From the NCBI GenBank assembly GCA_016282705.1, contig JAEELO010000121.1, forward strand, positions 4,189-68,188: 64,000 bases of DNA, given 5' to 3'. The translations under genes and the position numbers were made by a program. Source of the stretch: Candidatus Gastranaerophilales bacterium. Lineage in GTDB: Bacteria; Cyanobacteriota; Vampirovibrionia; Gastranaerophilales; Gastranaerophilaceae. The notes beneath the pieces are model-generated. The model ran no database searches. It was not told the origin of the DNA and saw only the letters and a program-made list of their open reading frames with translations. Of the stretch, positions 19,027 through 29,407 are shown piece after piece (positions within the stretch are counted from its first letter, which is position 1; every line of letters starts with the position of its first letter).

Positions 19027-19773
19027 TTGTTAAATAGAGTAAAAACAATATTTAATAGAAAAAAATTCGGTAATACATTGGCAGAAACGCTGGTTGTATT
19101 GACTGTTATAGGTATTGTTTTTACATTAAGTATAGGTACATTCGTAGCAGATTACAACAGAAACCAGACCGTTGTAAGATTACAAAAATTATATTCCACA
19201 CTATCACAAGCATTTGAAAAATCAGTAGCAGAAAACGGAAGTCCTTATACTTGGGACTACCCTGATCAATTAAGCGATCAAGGCTCATATGAATTTTTTC
19301 AAACATATTTAAGACCGAATTTAATGCTTATGAGAGATTGTAAAAATTCTACCGAAGGCTTTTGCAATTATTCATTTAAAGAGTTAGATGCAACAGAAAA
19401 GAATTTAAATGGAACTTGGGCAAGATTTTTCTTAAATGACGGAGCTTTTGTTGCTCTTCAAGCATTATCAAACAAAAATTACAAAGTTGTTTATTTTTAT
19501 GTTGATACTAACGGTAAAAAACGTTTAAATGTAGTAGCAAGAGATATTTTCTTATTTGAATATTGGATAGAAAATATTGACCATCCTGAATACGTAGGCA
19601 AATTAAGAGCATATGGAGAAGGGAAATTACGTGAAGATTTGATATCTGATATTGATCCAAATAATTGCAACAAAAATACAAACGGAAATTATTGTGCAGC
19701 CTTGATTATGAACGATAACTGGCAAATAATTAACGGTTATCCTTGGGCTCAAGCAAGATATGTTGTTCAATAA
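19027..19773 (+). CDS. Prepilin-type N-terminal cleavage/methylation domain protein (pilin/pseudopilin-like)
   Basis: N terminus KKFG/NTLAETLVVLTVIGIVFTL matches the G-(F)TLxE plus hydrophobic-helix class III signal. No pilus assembly genes are adjacent. Confidence 0.6.
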   Translation: MLNRVKTIFNRKKFGNTLAETLVVLTVIGIVFTLSIGTFVADYNRNQTVVRLQKLYSTLSQAFEKSVAENGSPYTWDYPDQLSDQGSYEFFQTYLRPNLMLMRDCKNSTEGFCNYSFKELDATEKNLNGTWARFFLNDGAFVALQALSNKNYKVVYFYVDTNGKKRLNVVARDIFLFEYWIENIDHPEYVGKLRAYGEGKLREDLISDIDPNNCNKNTNGNYCAALIMNDNWQIINGYPWAQARYVVQ

Positions 19774-19774
19774 A

Positions 19775-20590
19775 TCATCTTAAGATTTTAAATATTTCAT
19801 TACATTTTTGAAATATTTCTTTAGCCTGCGAAAAATCTATCATATTTGGACCGTCACAAAGAGCATTATCAGGTTCAGGATGAACTTCAAAGAAAAGCCC
19901 GTCAGCACCTGCAGCGACAGCAGCTTTTGCAAGAACGGGAACAAATTTTCTTTCACCTGAAGAACTTTCACCGCATCCGCCGGGGAGCTGTACACTATGT
20001 GTTGCATCAAAAATAACAGGATATCCCAAATCTTGTATTATAGGAATAGTTCTCATATCCGATACAAGATTGTTGTATCCAAAAGTAACGCCTCTATCAG
20101 TAATTGTAATTTTATCATTACCGGATTCTTTTACTTTATTTGCAATAGGTTTCATTTGCTGCGGAGCAAGAAACTGTCCTTTTTTAATATTAATAATCTT
20201 GTTTGTTTTTGCCGCAGCAACCAATAAGTCAGTTTGTCTGCACAAAAATGCAGGAATTTGTATAATATCTGCAACTTCAGCAGCTATTGATGCCTGTTGA
20301 GGTTCATGAATATCAGTAACTATAGGGACATTAAATTCCTTTTTTACCTGAGATAGGAGTTCCAAACCTTTATCAATGCCTAATCCCCTATATGAGGAAA
20401 TAGAACTTCTGTTGGCTTTATCAAAAGATGATTTAAATATAAAATTAATATCTAAATCTGTAGTCAATTTTTTAAGGTATTCAGCGGTTTTAAATAAAAT
20501 TTCTTTTGATTCTATAGCACAAGGACCGGCCAAAATCGTAAGTTTTTCAGCACCGATATAAAAATCATTTAATTTTACTTTATTAACCAT
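19775..20590 (-). CDS. kdsA: 3-deoxy-8-phosphooctulonate (KDO8P) synthase
   Basis: GPCAIES, FKSSFDKANRSS, QIPAFLCRQTDL and DATHSVQLPGG motifs. Confidence 0.93.
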   Translation of the reverse strand: MVNKVKLNDFYIGAEKLTILAGPCAIESKEILFKTAEYLKKLTTDLDINFIFKSSFDKANRSSISSYRGLGIDKGLELLSQVKKEFNVPIVTDIHEPQQASIAAEVADIIQIPAFLCRQTDLLVAAAKTNKIINIKKGQFLAPQQMKPIANKVKESGNDKITITDRGVTFGYNNLVSDMRTIPIIQDLGYPVIFDATHSVQLPGGCGESSSGERKFVPVLAKAAVAAGADGLFFEVHPEPDNALCDGPNMIDFSQAKEIFQKCNEIFKILR

Positions 20591-20714
20591 TTATAATACC
20601 CTCCAAACAGTTTCATTATACAACAAAAAACAAGCATATAAAATATAGAATTGGTGACATCAAATTGTCTTTATAATAAAATAAAATCATACAGATATTA
20701 AAGAGGATAACAGT

Positions 20715-23168
20715 ATGAAAATATCATTAGAATGGCTTAATGAATATGTTGATATAACAGATTTAACGGTTGAACAAATCGTTCATGAATTAACAATGAG
20801 TGGTCTTGAAGTTGAAGAAATAGAGAAAGTCGGTGCAAAATTTACCAATATAATAACAGCAAAAATAAAAGAAATAAGACAACATCCGAATGCGGATAAA
20901 CTTCATCTTGTTGATGTTGATTTGGGAACACAGGTAAAAACAGTTGTATGCGGTGCGCAAAACATAAAAGAAGGACAAATTATTCCTTATGCATCAGTAG
21001 GTTCAAAAGTACTAAACAGAAAGACATTTGAACAATATGAATTAACACCCGCAGTAATAAGAGGAGTAGAATCCCAAGGTATGCTCTGCTCACAAGATGA
21101 ACTTGGGTTAGAAGGATTACAGGAAGAAGACGGCATCTTAATACTAAACAGACTTTATGACAATATCGAACTCGGAACTGATGTTCAAAAATTATTAAAC
21201 ATACAGGAAGATACGGTTATTGATGTTGCACCTACCGCAAACAGAGGCGATGAAATGTCTGTTATCGGTGTAGCAAGAGAAATCTGTTCATTATTCAATA
21301 AAACATTAAAACTTGAAAAACAGACTGAACCGAGCGTATTAAAAAGACACCATTTTGAAGTTGAAATTAAAGCAAAAGATGCATGCGAATACTATGCAAT
21401 TGCAGTATTAAAAGACTTAAAAATAAAACCGTCTCCTGATTGGATGAAAAGAAGACTTGAAGTTTCGGGAATTCGTTCAATAAACAATGTAGTAGATATA
21501 ACCAACTATGTTTTACTTGAATACGGACAACCTCTTCACTCTTTTGACTTAGACAAATTAGACAATTATCTTTGCGTAAGACGTGCAAATCCGAATGAAA
21601 CAATAGTTACATTAGATGAAGTTGAACGTCAATTAACAAATGATACTATCTTATGTGCAACAAAAGACAAAGGGGTATGTGTTGCAGGTGTATTTGGCGG
21701 ACTAAATTCAGGTATTGATGAAAACACGAAAAATGTTGCATTAGAATCTGCATACTTTACACCTCCAACTAACAGAAAAAATGCCAGAAGCATCGGCTAC
21801 AGAAGCGAAGCTTGCGCAAGATTTGAAAGAGGAGTAGATATTGAGTCGACAAAACCTGCTCTAATCAGAGCCGTAAATCTGTTAATTAAATATGCAGATG
21901 CAAAATTTGAAGGTATATCTGATACGGGAATTAATAAACTTGAAGATGTAATAATTACATTAAGATTTAATCAGGTAAAAAGAATTTTGGGAATGGAAAT
22001 TCCATCGGAAAAATGCATAGAAATATTGGAAAATCTCGGATTTGAATTACTTGGCAAGAATGAAGCAGCAGCAAGATTTAAGACACCAAGTTTCAGAGTT
22101 AACGACGTTAAACAAGAAGTTGATTTAATTGAAGAGATAGCAAGAATATACGGGTACGATAAAATTGCACCTACACTTCCAAACAAAACACAATCACCCG
22201 AAGTGTCTCAAGAAGCAAAATTATTGGATAAAATAAATAAAATGTTCTTAGGGTTTGGTTTCAACGAAGCAATGACTTCATCATTAATAGGCGAACCACT
22301 TTTAAATCAATTCGGACTCGGCTACAAAAAAGAAGAAGCTGTTTTTGTTCAAAATCCGCAATCAGAAGACCACACGATGTTGAGACAAACAACAATAGCA
22401 AATATTCTCAGCACACTGAAAATGAATTTTGATAATGGGCAGAAAAATATTTGGCTTTATGAAATGGGTAAAACATATTTTATAAAGAAACCTGCTGAAA
22501 AAATAGACAGCGGTGTAGAAGAAAATCTAATGATATCAGGAGTCATGACCGGCGAAACAAATCAAAATTTATGGAAAAAACTGCCGGTATGTGATTTTTA
22601 CACATTAAAAGGAGTTATGGAATCTTTATTCAGCCTTTTAAATATTTCAGGAAGAGTAAAATTAAATACAAACGATGATTGTACATATTTACATCCGGGA
22701 AGAAGTGCAAAAGTTGTATTACTGGGGAAAACCCCTGAAGTTATAGGGCATTTCGGAGAAATATATCCGATTCTTAAAGATAAAATGAAAATCAATCAAG
22801 ATATATATTTATTTGAAATAAATTTAACTAAACTATTAGAAGCTGCAGCAATCCACACACCAAAATATAAACAACTGCCGCAATTCCCCGAAGTACAACG
22901 TGATATATCATTTGCGATTGAAAGAAACATAACAAATGATGAAATTGTACTTGCAATTAAAAAGAGTGCAAACAGCAAATTATTCAGAGGTGCTAATCTC
23001 TTTGACATTTATCAAGGCGAACACATACAAGAAGGCTATAAGAGTATGGCATACAGAATAACATTACTGGATGAAGAAACAACATTAACCGATGAGAGAA
23101 TAAATAACGAAATGGAATCTATAAGAAACGGATTAATGAAGAAATTTCCTACAATTAATTTCAGATAA
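20715..23168 (+). CDS. pheT: Phenylalanine--tRNA ligase beta subunit
   Basis: N terminus MKISLEWLNEYVD with a tRNA-binding domain (HPNADKL), followed by B3/4, B5 and the C-terminal FDX-ACB-like domain (RDISF...FDIYQGE). 817 aa. Confidence 0.95.
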   Translation: MKISLEWLNEYVDITDLTVEQIVHELTMSGLEVEEIEKVGAKFTNIITAKIKEIRQHPNADKLHLVDVDLGTQVKTVVCGAQNIKEGQIIPYASVGSKVLNRKTFEQYELTPAVIRGVESQGMLCSQDELGLEGLQEEDGILILNRLYDNIELGTDVQKLLNIQEDTVIDVAPTANRGDEMSVIGVAREICSLFNKTLKLEKQTEPSVLKRHHFEVEIKAKDACEYYAIAVLKDLKIKPSPDWMKRRLEVSGIRSINNVVDITNYVLLEYGQPLHSFDLDKLDNYLCVRRANPNETIVTLDEVERQLTNDTILCATKDKGVCVAGVFGGLNSGIDENTKNVALESAYFTPPTNRKNARSIGYRSEACARFERGVDIESTKPALIRAVNLLIKYADAKFEGISDTGINKLEDVIITLRFNQVKRILGMEIPSEKCIEILENLGFELLGKNEAAARFKTPSFRVNDVKQEVDLIEEIARIYGYDKIAPTLPNKTQSPEVSQEAKLLDKINKMFLGFGFNEAMTSSLIGEPLLNQFGLGYKKEEAVFVQNPQSEDHTMLRQTTIANILSTLKMNFDNGQKNIWLYEMGKTYFIKKPAEKIDSGVEENLMISGVMTGETNQNLWKKLPVCDFYTLKGVMESLFSLLNISGRVKLNTNDDCTYLHPGRSAKVVLLGKTPEVIGHFGEIYPILKDKMKINQDIYLFEINLTKLLEAAAIHTPKYKQLPQFPEVQRDISFAIERNITNDEIVLAIKKSANSKLFRGANLFDIYQGEHIQEGYKSMAYRITLLDEETTLTDERINNEMESIRNGLMKKFPTINFR

Positions 23169-23192
23169 ACAAATAATTAATAATACGAAAAG

Positions 23193-23222
23193 GATATACA
23201 AGAATGTATATCATTTTTATTT
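23193..23222 (+). terminator. Rho-independent terminator of pheT
   Basis: 8-bp stem gatataca/tgtatatc with loop agaa, followed by atttttattt. Confidence 0.6.
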
Positions 23223-23425
23223 CCACAAAATATCTACACAACAAATAAATATACTATATAAATCATTATATTATTAATTTTTGTATCATAACGTAATAAT
23301 TGAATAGAGAATTCTTGAAATGAAAGTCTAAATATATATAATAATAATATTAGAGATTAGGGAATGTACATGCTTAAAAACATTACATTAAATTTATTGG
23401 GGATTATTTCAAGGAGGATTTTCTA

Positions 23426-23644
23426 GTGCTTAGAAGCAGAGATATGGGTAGATCAATAGCTGTAAGAAGATGGACAAATACAGCATTAGAATGTTACAAA
23501 CGCGGTTGTGTTTGTGAGGGATGTTTTTATACGGACTTTTTTAACGGCACATCACAAAAATGCCAAATGAAAGCATCCGTATTAGAGTTAGTGAGAGTAT
23601 TGGGTAAACCTAACGTAGAAATACAACAGGTTTTGGTAGATTAG
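23426..23644 (+). CDS. Small Cys-rich protein (72 aa), putative metal-binding, function unknown
   Basis: Strong SD AAGGAGGA lies 8 nt upstream of the GTG at 23426. Motif ECYKRGCVCEGCFY...KCQMK. Followed by two hairpin terminators, so it is a monocistronic unit. Confidence 0.6.
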   Translation: MLRSRDMGRSIAVRRWTNTALECYKRGCVCEGCFYTDFFNGTSQKCQMKASVLELVRVLGKPNVEIQQVLVD

Positions 23645-23661
23645 TACAAATTAATATTATT

Positions 23662-23693
23662 AAGCTCCCTATAATTGGGGGCTTATTTTTATT
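23662..23693 (+). terminator. Rho-independent terminator after the 72-aa ORF
   Basis: Stem aagctccc/gggggctt (one G-U), 7-nt loop, then atttttatt. Confidence 0.55.
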
Positions 23694-23705
23694 GAAAAAA
23701 AAAAT

Positions 23706-23728
23706 AAGACCGCATAAAATGCGGTCTT
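23706..23728. terminator. Bidirectional hairpin terminator
   Basis: Perfect 9-bp stem aagaccgca/tgcggtctt with a 5-nt loop. An A-run lies upstream and a T-rich run downstream. It sits between convergent genes. Confidence 0.6.
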
Positions 23729-23744
23729 ATTTATAATTTAATTT

Positions 23745-25109
23745 TTATATAATATCTTTATATTCTTCTGTATTATTTAAAAGGTCATAATCTATTTCAT
23801 TTTCATTATCCGCAATAACAGCAGCAACAACTGCATCACTTGCGACATTTACAGTCGTTCTAAGCATATCTACAACACGATCTATTGCAAATAAGAAAGC
23901 AAATCCTTCAACCAGCTGCTGCGGTGATAAACCTAAACTGTTTAATACCAAAGCAATTGTTATCAAACCTGCACCAGGGATACCTGCACAAGTACTTGAA
24001 GAAATAATAACCAAAAGCATTATTAATATAATTTGTAACGGTTCTATAGTTACACCATATGCTTGAGTTAAGAATATAACACAAACTGTTTGGAATAAAG
24101 CAGTACCGTCCATATTAAGTGTTGCACCTAAAGGAAGAACGAAACTGCAAACTTTATGTGAAATTCCTCTTTTTTCACAGCATGCTATTGTTAAAGGAAG
24201 TGTTGCACTGCTTGATGCCGTGCCGAATGCAACAAGCAAAGCTTCAATTATTGCAGCATAGAAAGTGGTGACCGGAACCTTGCTGAATATTTTCATTAAA
24301 ATAGGATAAACAACAAAGAACTGTATAATAAAACCAAGCATGATTATTCCGAGGAACAATGAAAGTTTTGAGAAAATACTCAATCCGAAAGAAGAAACAG
24401 CAACTGTTGTTAATGCAAATACACCGGGGGCTGCAAAAACCATAATCCAATCAGTTATTTTCATTGTAGCTGCGAATACAGATTCAAAGAAAGAAACTAT
24501 TGGTCTGTTTATTTCACCCAATTTAGATAAAGCAAGTGAAAAGATAAGAGTAAAGAATATAATCGGAATCATTTCACCTTTAGCCAGTGATTCCAATGGA
24601 TTTTGAGGAATCATATTTAAGAATATATTTCCGATATTGCCTCTTTGTTCTTCAATTACTGCGCTTACCAATGTTTGAGCATCAACAGAAGCCTGTTGGC
24701 TGATAAAATGCTGTATTCCTATACCGGGTTGGAATATTAGGACGAGACCTGCACCGATAATAACTGCAAGAATAGTTATTATACCGTAGTATATAATCAT
24801 CTTTTTGCCGAATTTACCGATTTGTTTGCTGTCACCAACACTTGATATACCGACTATTAAAGCACTGCATACCAAAGGAATAACTACCATTTGGATAACT
24901 CTGATAAATGCCTGACCTATTATATTTAGAATATTAATAACAGACGGCGCAATATGTGCGAATTTAACAAATCTTATATTTTGAGTATTAGTAACATCGT
25001 GAAGGAAATTACCAAAAATTATACCTAATATAATAGCTAAAAATATATGCCAATTCCTTTTAATACCAAGTCCAATGGCTACAAATAATGTTTGTGCGTG
25101 TAATTTCAT
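23745..25109 (-). CDS. Second dicarboxylate/amino acid:cation symporter (DAACS family)
   Basis: Motifs VIPLVCSALIVGISS, LPLGATLNMDGTALFQ, SSSTCAGIPGAGLITIALVL and DRVVDMLRTTVNVASDAVVAAVI. Confidence 0.87.
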   Translation of the reverse strand: MKLHAQTLFVAIGLGIKRNWHIFLAIILGIIFGNFLHDVTNTQNIRFVKFAHIAPSVINILNIIGQAFIRVIQMVVIPLVCSALIVGISSVGDSKQIGKFGKKMIIYYGIITILAVIIGAGLVLIFQPGIGIQHFISQQASVDAQTLVSAVIEEQRGNIGNIFLNMIPQNPLESLAKGEMIPIIFFTLIFSLALSKLGEINRPIVSFFESVFAATMKITDWIMVFAAPGVFALTTVAVSSFGLSIFSKLSLFLGIIMLGFIIQFFVVYPILMKIFSKVPVTTFYAAIIEALLVAFGTASSSATLPLTIACCEKRGISHKVCSFVLPLGATLNMDGTALFQTVCVIFLTQAYGVTIEPLQIILIMLLVIISSSTCAGIPGAGLITIALVLNSLGLSPQQLVEGFAFLFAIDRVVDMLRTTVNVASDAVVAAVIADNENEIDYDLLNNTEEYKDII

Positions 25110-25200
25110 AAATACCTCTATTCATACCTAGCATAACTGATTGTACAATTATTTAGATAATAATTCAAGAATTTTACAAGAGAATTGTATATAATAAATT

Positions 25201-26331
25201 TTGACTAAAAGAAAAAAAAGAATTATATTACTAAACATGAAAAAATTTACAACGAAATTGTTTATAATATTTGTTTTATTTTTAACTGTAATGTTCTACT
25301 CATTAATTTTTATCGGACATAAAAATACTAAAACAAATAAAGATTTTTCCATAGAAGAAATAAAGTTAATGGAAAGAAATATGATTGGTCCAATGCAGGA
25401 TATTCCGCCGAAGCAAGGCAGGCATCCCTCGCATGCTATACCATTTTTAATCATAATCGTAGTCAGTTCTTGTTTTACTGCAATAGTTTTAAAATATATA
25501 GAAAAGAATTTTATTATTCCGCTTGAATACATACAGGAAAATATAAAAGAAATTGATAAAGGCAGATTGAACATTCGTTTTAAAACAGACAGCGAAAATG
25601 AAAATATAAAAAGCACCTATAGAACATTAAATATGATGGTGCAAGGACTAAAAGAGAAAGAAAAACTTCAGGATAACTTTATACAAAACCTTGTACATGA
25701 TTTGCGTGCTCCTGTAATAGCTCAAGAGCGCGCAATGGAAATACTATCTGAAGACATGGAAGAGAATCCGCTGTTAAAAGGAATGATAGAGAACAATGAA
25801 TCTTATTTAAAAGTAATAAACTCTATTATTGAAACATTAAAGCTAAAAGAAATAACTATAGAAAAAACAGATATAAATTTATGCGAACTGACAGGAACAA
25901 TATTTAAAGCATTAAAGCCTGCCGCAACAGCAAAAAACATTACATTAATAAATAAAGTAAATAAAGAATTTGTAATATGGGCAGATTATATGTCTTTAAG
26001 CAGAATAATTATGAATATAGTTTCAAATTCAATTGAGAGCATAGACGAAAACAAAATAATTGAAGTAAGTGCTCAAAGATTACCGACCGCAACATCTGTT
26101 TCTATAAAGGATAACGGCTGCGGAATAAGCCAAGCCGATATAAAAAATATTTTTAATAAATATGTTTCTAATAACAAATCCGGCAAAAAATCTGTTTCGG
26201 GTCTTGGACTTTCAATCGTAAAAGATTTAGTCAACAAAAATTATGGTAAAATATACATTGACAGTAAACTGAATGAATACACAAGATTTGTAATAGAATT
26301 ACCAAACAGAGGTAGAAATGGCAAAATATAA
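25201..26331 (+). CDS. Sensor histidine kinase
   Basis: Two TMs, H-box FIQNLVHDLRAPV, N-box IMNIVSNSIES, G-boxes IKDNGCGIS and GLGLSIVKDLV. The listed start is TTG at 25201; ATG at 25237 (MKKFTTKLF) is an alternative. Confidence 0.87.
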   Translation: MTKRKKRIILLNMKKFTTKLFIIFVLFLTVMFYSLIFIGHKNTKTNKDFSIEEIKLMERNMIGPMQDIPPKQGRHPSHAIPFLIIIVVSSCFTAIVLKYIEKNFIIPLEYIQENIKEIDKGRLNIRFKTDSENENIKSTYRTLNMMVQGLKEKEKLQDNFIQNLVHDLRAPVIAQERAMEILSEDMEENPLLKGMIENNESYLKVINSIIETLKLKEITIEKTDINLCELTGTIFKALKPAATAKNITLINKVNKEFVIWADYMSLSRIIMNIVSNSIESIDENKIIEVSAQRLPTATSVSIKDNGCGISQADIKNIFNKYVSNNKSGKKSVSGLGLSIVKDLVNKNYGKIYIDSKLNEYTRFVIELPNRGRNGKI

Positions 26332-26983
26332 TATTTTAATTGCGGAAGACCATCCCCTGACAAGACAAACTTTAGAGTATCAAACAAAAAAGCTTAAAAA
26401 TGTCAATTTAGTTACTGCCGTTGAAAACGGGAAACAAGCAGTTGATTTTGTTAAAGAGAATAAAACAGATATTGTTTTAATGGATATAGATATGCCTGTA
26501 ATGAATGGCATAGATGCAACAATAGAGATTAAAAGAACAAGAAAAGATGCAAAAATTATAATGCTGACTTCTCATACCGAAAAAGCTAAAGTATTAGATT
26601 CCTTCAATTCAGGAGCAAATGCATACTGTGTAAAAAATATCAAAATTGACGAACTATCACAAATCATGGATATTGTTGCAGAAGGCGGTATTTGGGTTGA
26701 CACACAAATTGCGGGATACATTTTTGATGTACTGAAGAATATAGAAGAAGCTCAAAAACAAGAAAAAATCACAGCTGAAGACTTTAATATTTCCGAACGC
26801 GAGAAAGAAGTATTAAAAGAAATAGCAAACGGTCTTTCTAATGATGAAATAGCAGAAAAATTGTTTATTTCAAGAAATACGGTAAAGAATCATATAGCAA
26901 GCATTATCAATAAATTATCTGTAAAAGACAGAACTCAAGCCGCAATTTTTGCATTAAAAAATAATATATTTGGTAATAATTAA
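26318..26983 (+). CDS. NarL/LuxR-family response regulator
   Basis: Receiver domain (ILIAEDHPL, VLMDIDMPVMNG, MLTSH) plus LuxR HTH (SEREKEVLKEIANGLSNDEIAEKLFISRNTVKNHIASIINKL). Overlaps the kinase gene by 14 nt. Confidence 0.92.
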   Translation: MAKYNILIAEDHPLTRQTLEYQTKKLKNVNLVTAVENGKQAVDFVKENKTDIVLMDIDMPVMNGIDATIEIKRTRKDAKIIMLTSHTEKAKVLDSFNSGANAYCVKNIKIDELSQIMDIVAEGGIWVDTQIAGYIFDVLKNIEEAQKQEKITAEDFNISEREKEVLKEIANGLSNDEIAEKLFISRNTVKNHIASIINKLSVKDRTQAAIFALKNNIFGNN

Positions 26984-27025
26984 TTCTAAATCTATATAGC
27001 TGAATGTAATTAAAAACAAATTTAT

Positions 27026-27054
27026 AAAGAGCCAAATAGAAATTTGGCTCTTTT
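27026..27054 (+). terminator. Rho-independent terminator after the two-component operon
   Basis: Stem aaagagccaaat/atttggctcttt with loop agaa, running into a T-run. Confidence 0.65.
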
Positions 27055-27097
27055 CGTAGTATAAATAATAATGTAGTTAGTTTGGGTATGTATACAC

Positions 27098-28495
27098 ATG
27101 GACATAAAAGATAAATCATTTCATTTTATTGCAATTGGCGGAGTCGGAATGAGTGCTCTGGCTAAATATCTGGCAGAGAGAGGGTGCAAAGTTTCAGGTT
27201 CAGACATTCAAGAGAGCAAATACACACATTTACTTGAAGAAAAAGGTGTAAAAGTCACAATAGGACATAATAAAAATTTAATAAAAGACAACATGATAAT
27301 AGTTGCAAGCAGTGCAATAAAAGACACTAACGAAGAAATTATAAGAGCAAAGGAACTGGGATTAAAAATATATCACAGATCTGACATACTAAAAATGATA
27401 TCTGATGAATTTTCACAAAAGGAAGATGCATATTTTATAGGCTTTTCAGGCACACACGGAAAAACAACAACAAGCGGTTTATGTGCATATATTCTGGCAA
27501 AAGCAGGATTAACACCCTCTTATGTTGTAGGAGGTATTATTCCGGAACTAAATACTAACGGAGAATATGCAGGAGAAAAATATTTTTCTGCCGAGCTTGA
27601 TGAATCAGACGGAACAATACAAAAATATTCAACCGATATCGCAGTCATCAATAATATGGAAGAAGACCATCTTGACCACTATACAAACGGATTTACGGAT
27701 ATAGCCGAGACCTTCAATAAATATTTATCAAATAAAAAACAACAAATTGTTATTATAAATATTGATAATGAAGGAAACAGGAAATTCATGTCCTTATATC
27801 CCGATTACAAATACATTACATTCGGATTAAATCAAGGAAATTACACAGTAAAAAATTTGGAATACGAAGGATTTGGTTCTAAATTTAGTATTTATAAAGA
27901 CGGAAATAAATCAGCTGATATTAGGCTTATAATTCCGGGAGAACACAATGTATATAATGCCTTAGCAGTTTTTGCAGCATTAAATGAAGCAGGAATAGAT
28001 ACAAATAGAATAGCAAAATATTTCGAATCATTCACAGGTATGGGTAGAAGATTTCAAAAAGTCTGTGAATTTAACGGAATAAAAATTTTTGATGACTACG
28101 CACATCACCCGAGTGAAATTAAAACAACTCTTGCAGGTGCAAAAGCTGCAAAAGATGAAAAAGAAAACATTGTTGCTATTTTCCAACCTCACAGATATAC
28201 AAGATTACAGTCATTATGGAACGATTTCAGACATGCATTTTCGGATGCAGACAGATTAATTATTACTGATGTATACTCAGCAGGCGAAGATATTATAAAC
28301 GGCATTAATTCAGAAAAATTCAACAATGAAGTTGTACATAATAATCATTACTATATTTCCGGGGATATTGAAGAATGTGCAAAAAAAATATATCCGCTAT
28401 TAAAAAATAATGATATAGTAATAACATTAGGCGCCGGAACAGTTACGCAAATAGGTAAAAATCTTCTGGAAGAAAGTAAAAAGGCTAAAGTATAA
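27098..28495 (+). CDS. murC: UDP-N-acetylmuramate--L-alanine ligase
   Basis: HFIAIGGVGMSALA, GTHGKTTT, and the Mur ligase C-terminal DDYAHHPSE. Confidence 0.94.
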   Translation: MDIKDKSFHFIAIGGVGMSALAKYLAERGCKVSGSDIQESKYTHLLEEKGVKVTIGHNKNLIKDNMIIVASSAIKDTNEEIIRAKELGLKIYHRSDILKMISDEFSQKEDAYFIGFSGTHGKTTTSGLCAYILAKAGLTPSYVVGGIIPELNTNGEYAGEKYFSAELDESDGTIQKYSTDIAVINNMEEDHLDHYTNGFTDIAETFNKYLSNKKQQIVIINIDNEGNRKFMSLYPDYKYITFGLNQGNYTVKNLEYEGFGSKFSIYKDGNKSADIRLIIPGEHNVYNALAVFAALNEAGIDTNRIAKYFESFTGMGRRFQKVCEFNGIKIFDDYAHHPSEIKTTLAGAKAAKDEKENIVAIFQPHRYTRLQSLWNDFRHAFSDADRLIITDVYSAGEDIINGINSEKFNNEVVHNNHYYISGDIEECAKKIYPLLKNNDIVITLGAGTVTQIGKNLLEESKKAKV

Positions 28496-29407
28496 GTGGA
28501 AGTACATAATAATTACAACATAAAAAATGACACTACGTTTAGAATCGGAGGAATTGTCGAGGCTGTTGCTTTCCCCGATACTATTGAGGAATTATTAAGT
28601 ATAATTAATAATTATGATATTGTACTGGGAAACTGTTCCAATGTGCTTTTTTCTTCAGAATATATTAATAAAAAAATAATTTTAACAAAAAAACTTGATA
28701 AATTATCAATCGACGGAAACAAAATACTCGTACAATGCGGAACAAAAGGTCCTATTGCAGCGAAATCAGCATTAGAAAATTCTTTAACCGGTTTTGAATT
28801 TTTAGCAGGTTTTCCCGGCAGCTTCGGCGGGATGATATGTATGAATGCCTCTGCACATAATCAATCAATTGCAGATACTTTTGTTTGTGCTCGGGTATAC
28901 GATAAAGAAGAAAAAATAATAAAAAACTTTGATAAAGATTCTATGAAATTCGGATATCGAAATTCAATAATAAATTCATCAAGATATATTGTACTTGATG
29001 CAATTTTTGAATTAAAAAAAGGCAATAAAGAAGAAATAGAAGAACTTGTAAACAGAAATATAGAATTTAGAAAAACCAGACAGCCTTCTTTAAAATACGG
29101 CAATGCAGGAAGTATCTTCAAAAATCCTCAAAATGATTCAGCAGGAAGACTTCTTGATTTATGTAATCTAAAATCCGAAAAAGAAGGCGGAGCAATGATA
29201 TTTGAAAAACACGCTAATTTTATAATAAACTATAACAATGCAACATCTAAAGATGTATTAACATTAATGAATAAAATGTATTCAAAAGTAAAAGAAAAAT
29301 ATACAATAGAATTAATACCGGAGATAAAATATATTGGGGATATAAAAACGGAAGAGTACAGATTATGGGAAACGATAACAGAAAATTCAAAGATACAGCA
29401 AAAATAG
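28496..29407 (+). CDS. murB: UDP-N-acetylenolpyruvoylglucosamine reductase
   Basis: TFRIGG, GNCSNVLF, GSFGGMICMNASAH and AGSIFKNP motifs. GTG start immediately after the murC stop. Confidence 0.9.
   Translation: MEVHNNYNIKNDTTFRIGGIVEAVAFPDTIEELLSIINNYDIVLGNCSNVLFSSEYINKKIILTKKLDKLSIDGNKILVQCGTKGPIAAKSALENSLTGFEFLAGFPGSFGGMICMNASAHNQSIADTFVCARVYDKEEKIIKNFDKDSMKFGYRNSIINSSRYIVLDAIFELKKGNKEEIEELVNRNIEFRKTRQPSLKYGNAGSIFKNPQNDSAGRLLDLCNLKSEKEGGAMIFEKHANFIINYNNATSKDVLTLMNKMYSKVKEKYTIELIPEIKYIGDIKTEEYRLWETITENSKIQQK

Noticed and set aside
20591-20714. T-box or attenuator leader upstream of pheT; also the absence of pheS.
   Set aside because: The 124-nt divergent intergenic region is too short and lacks specifier or T-box sequences. 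pheS is presumably elsewhere. This is noted but not considered remarkable without genome context.
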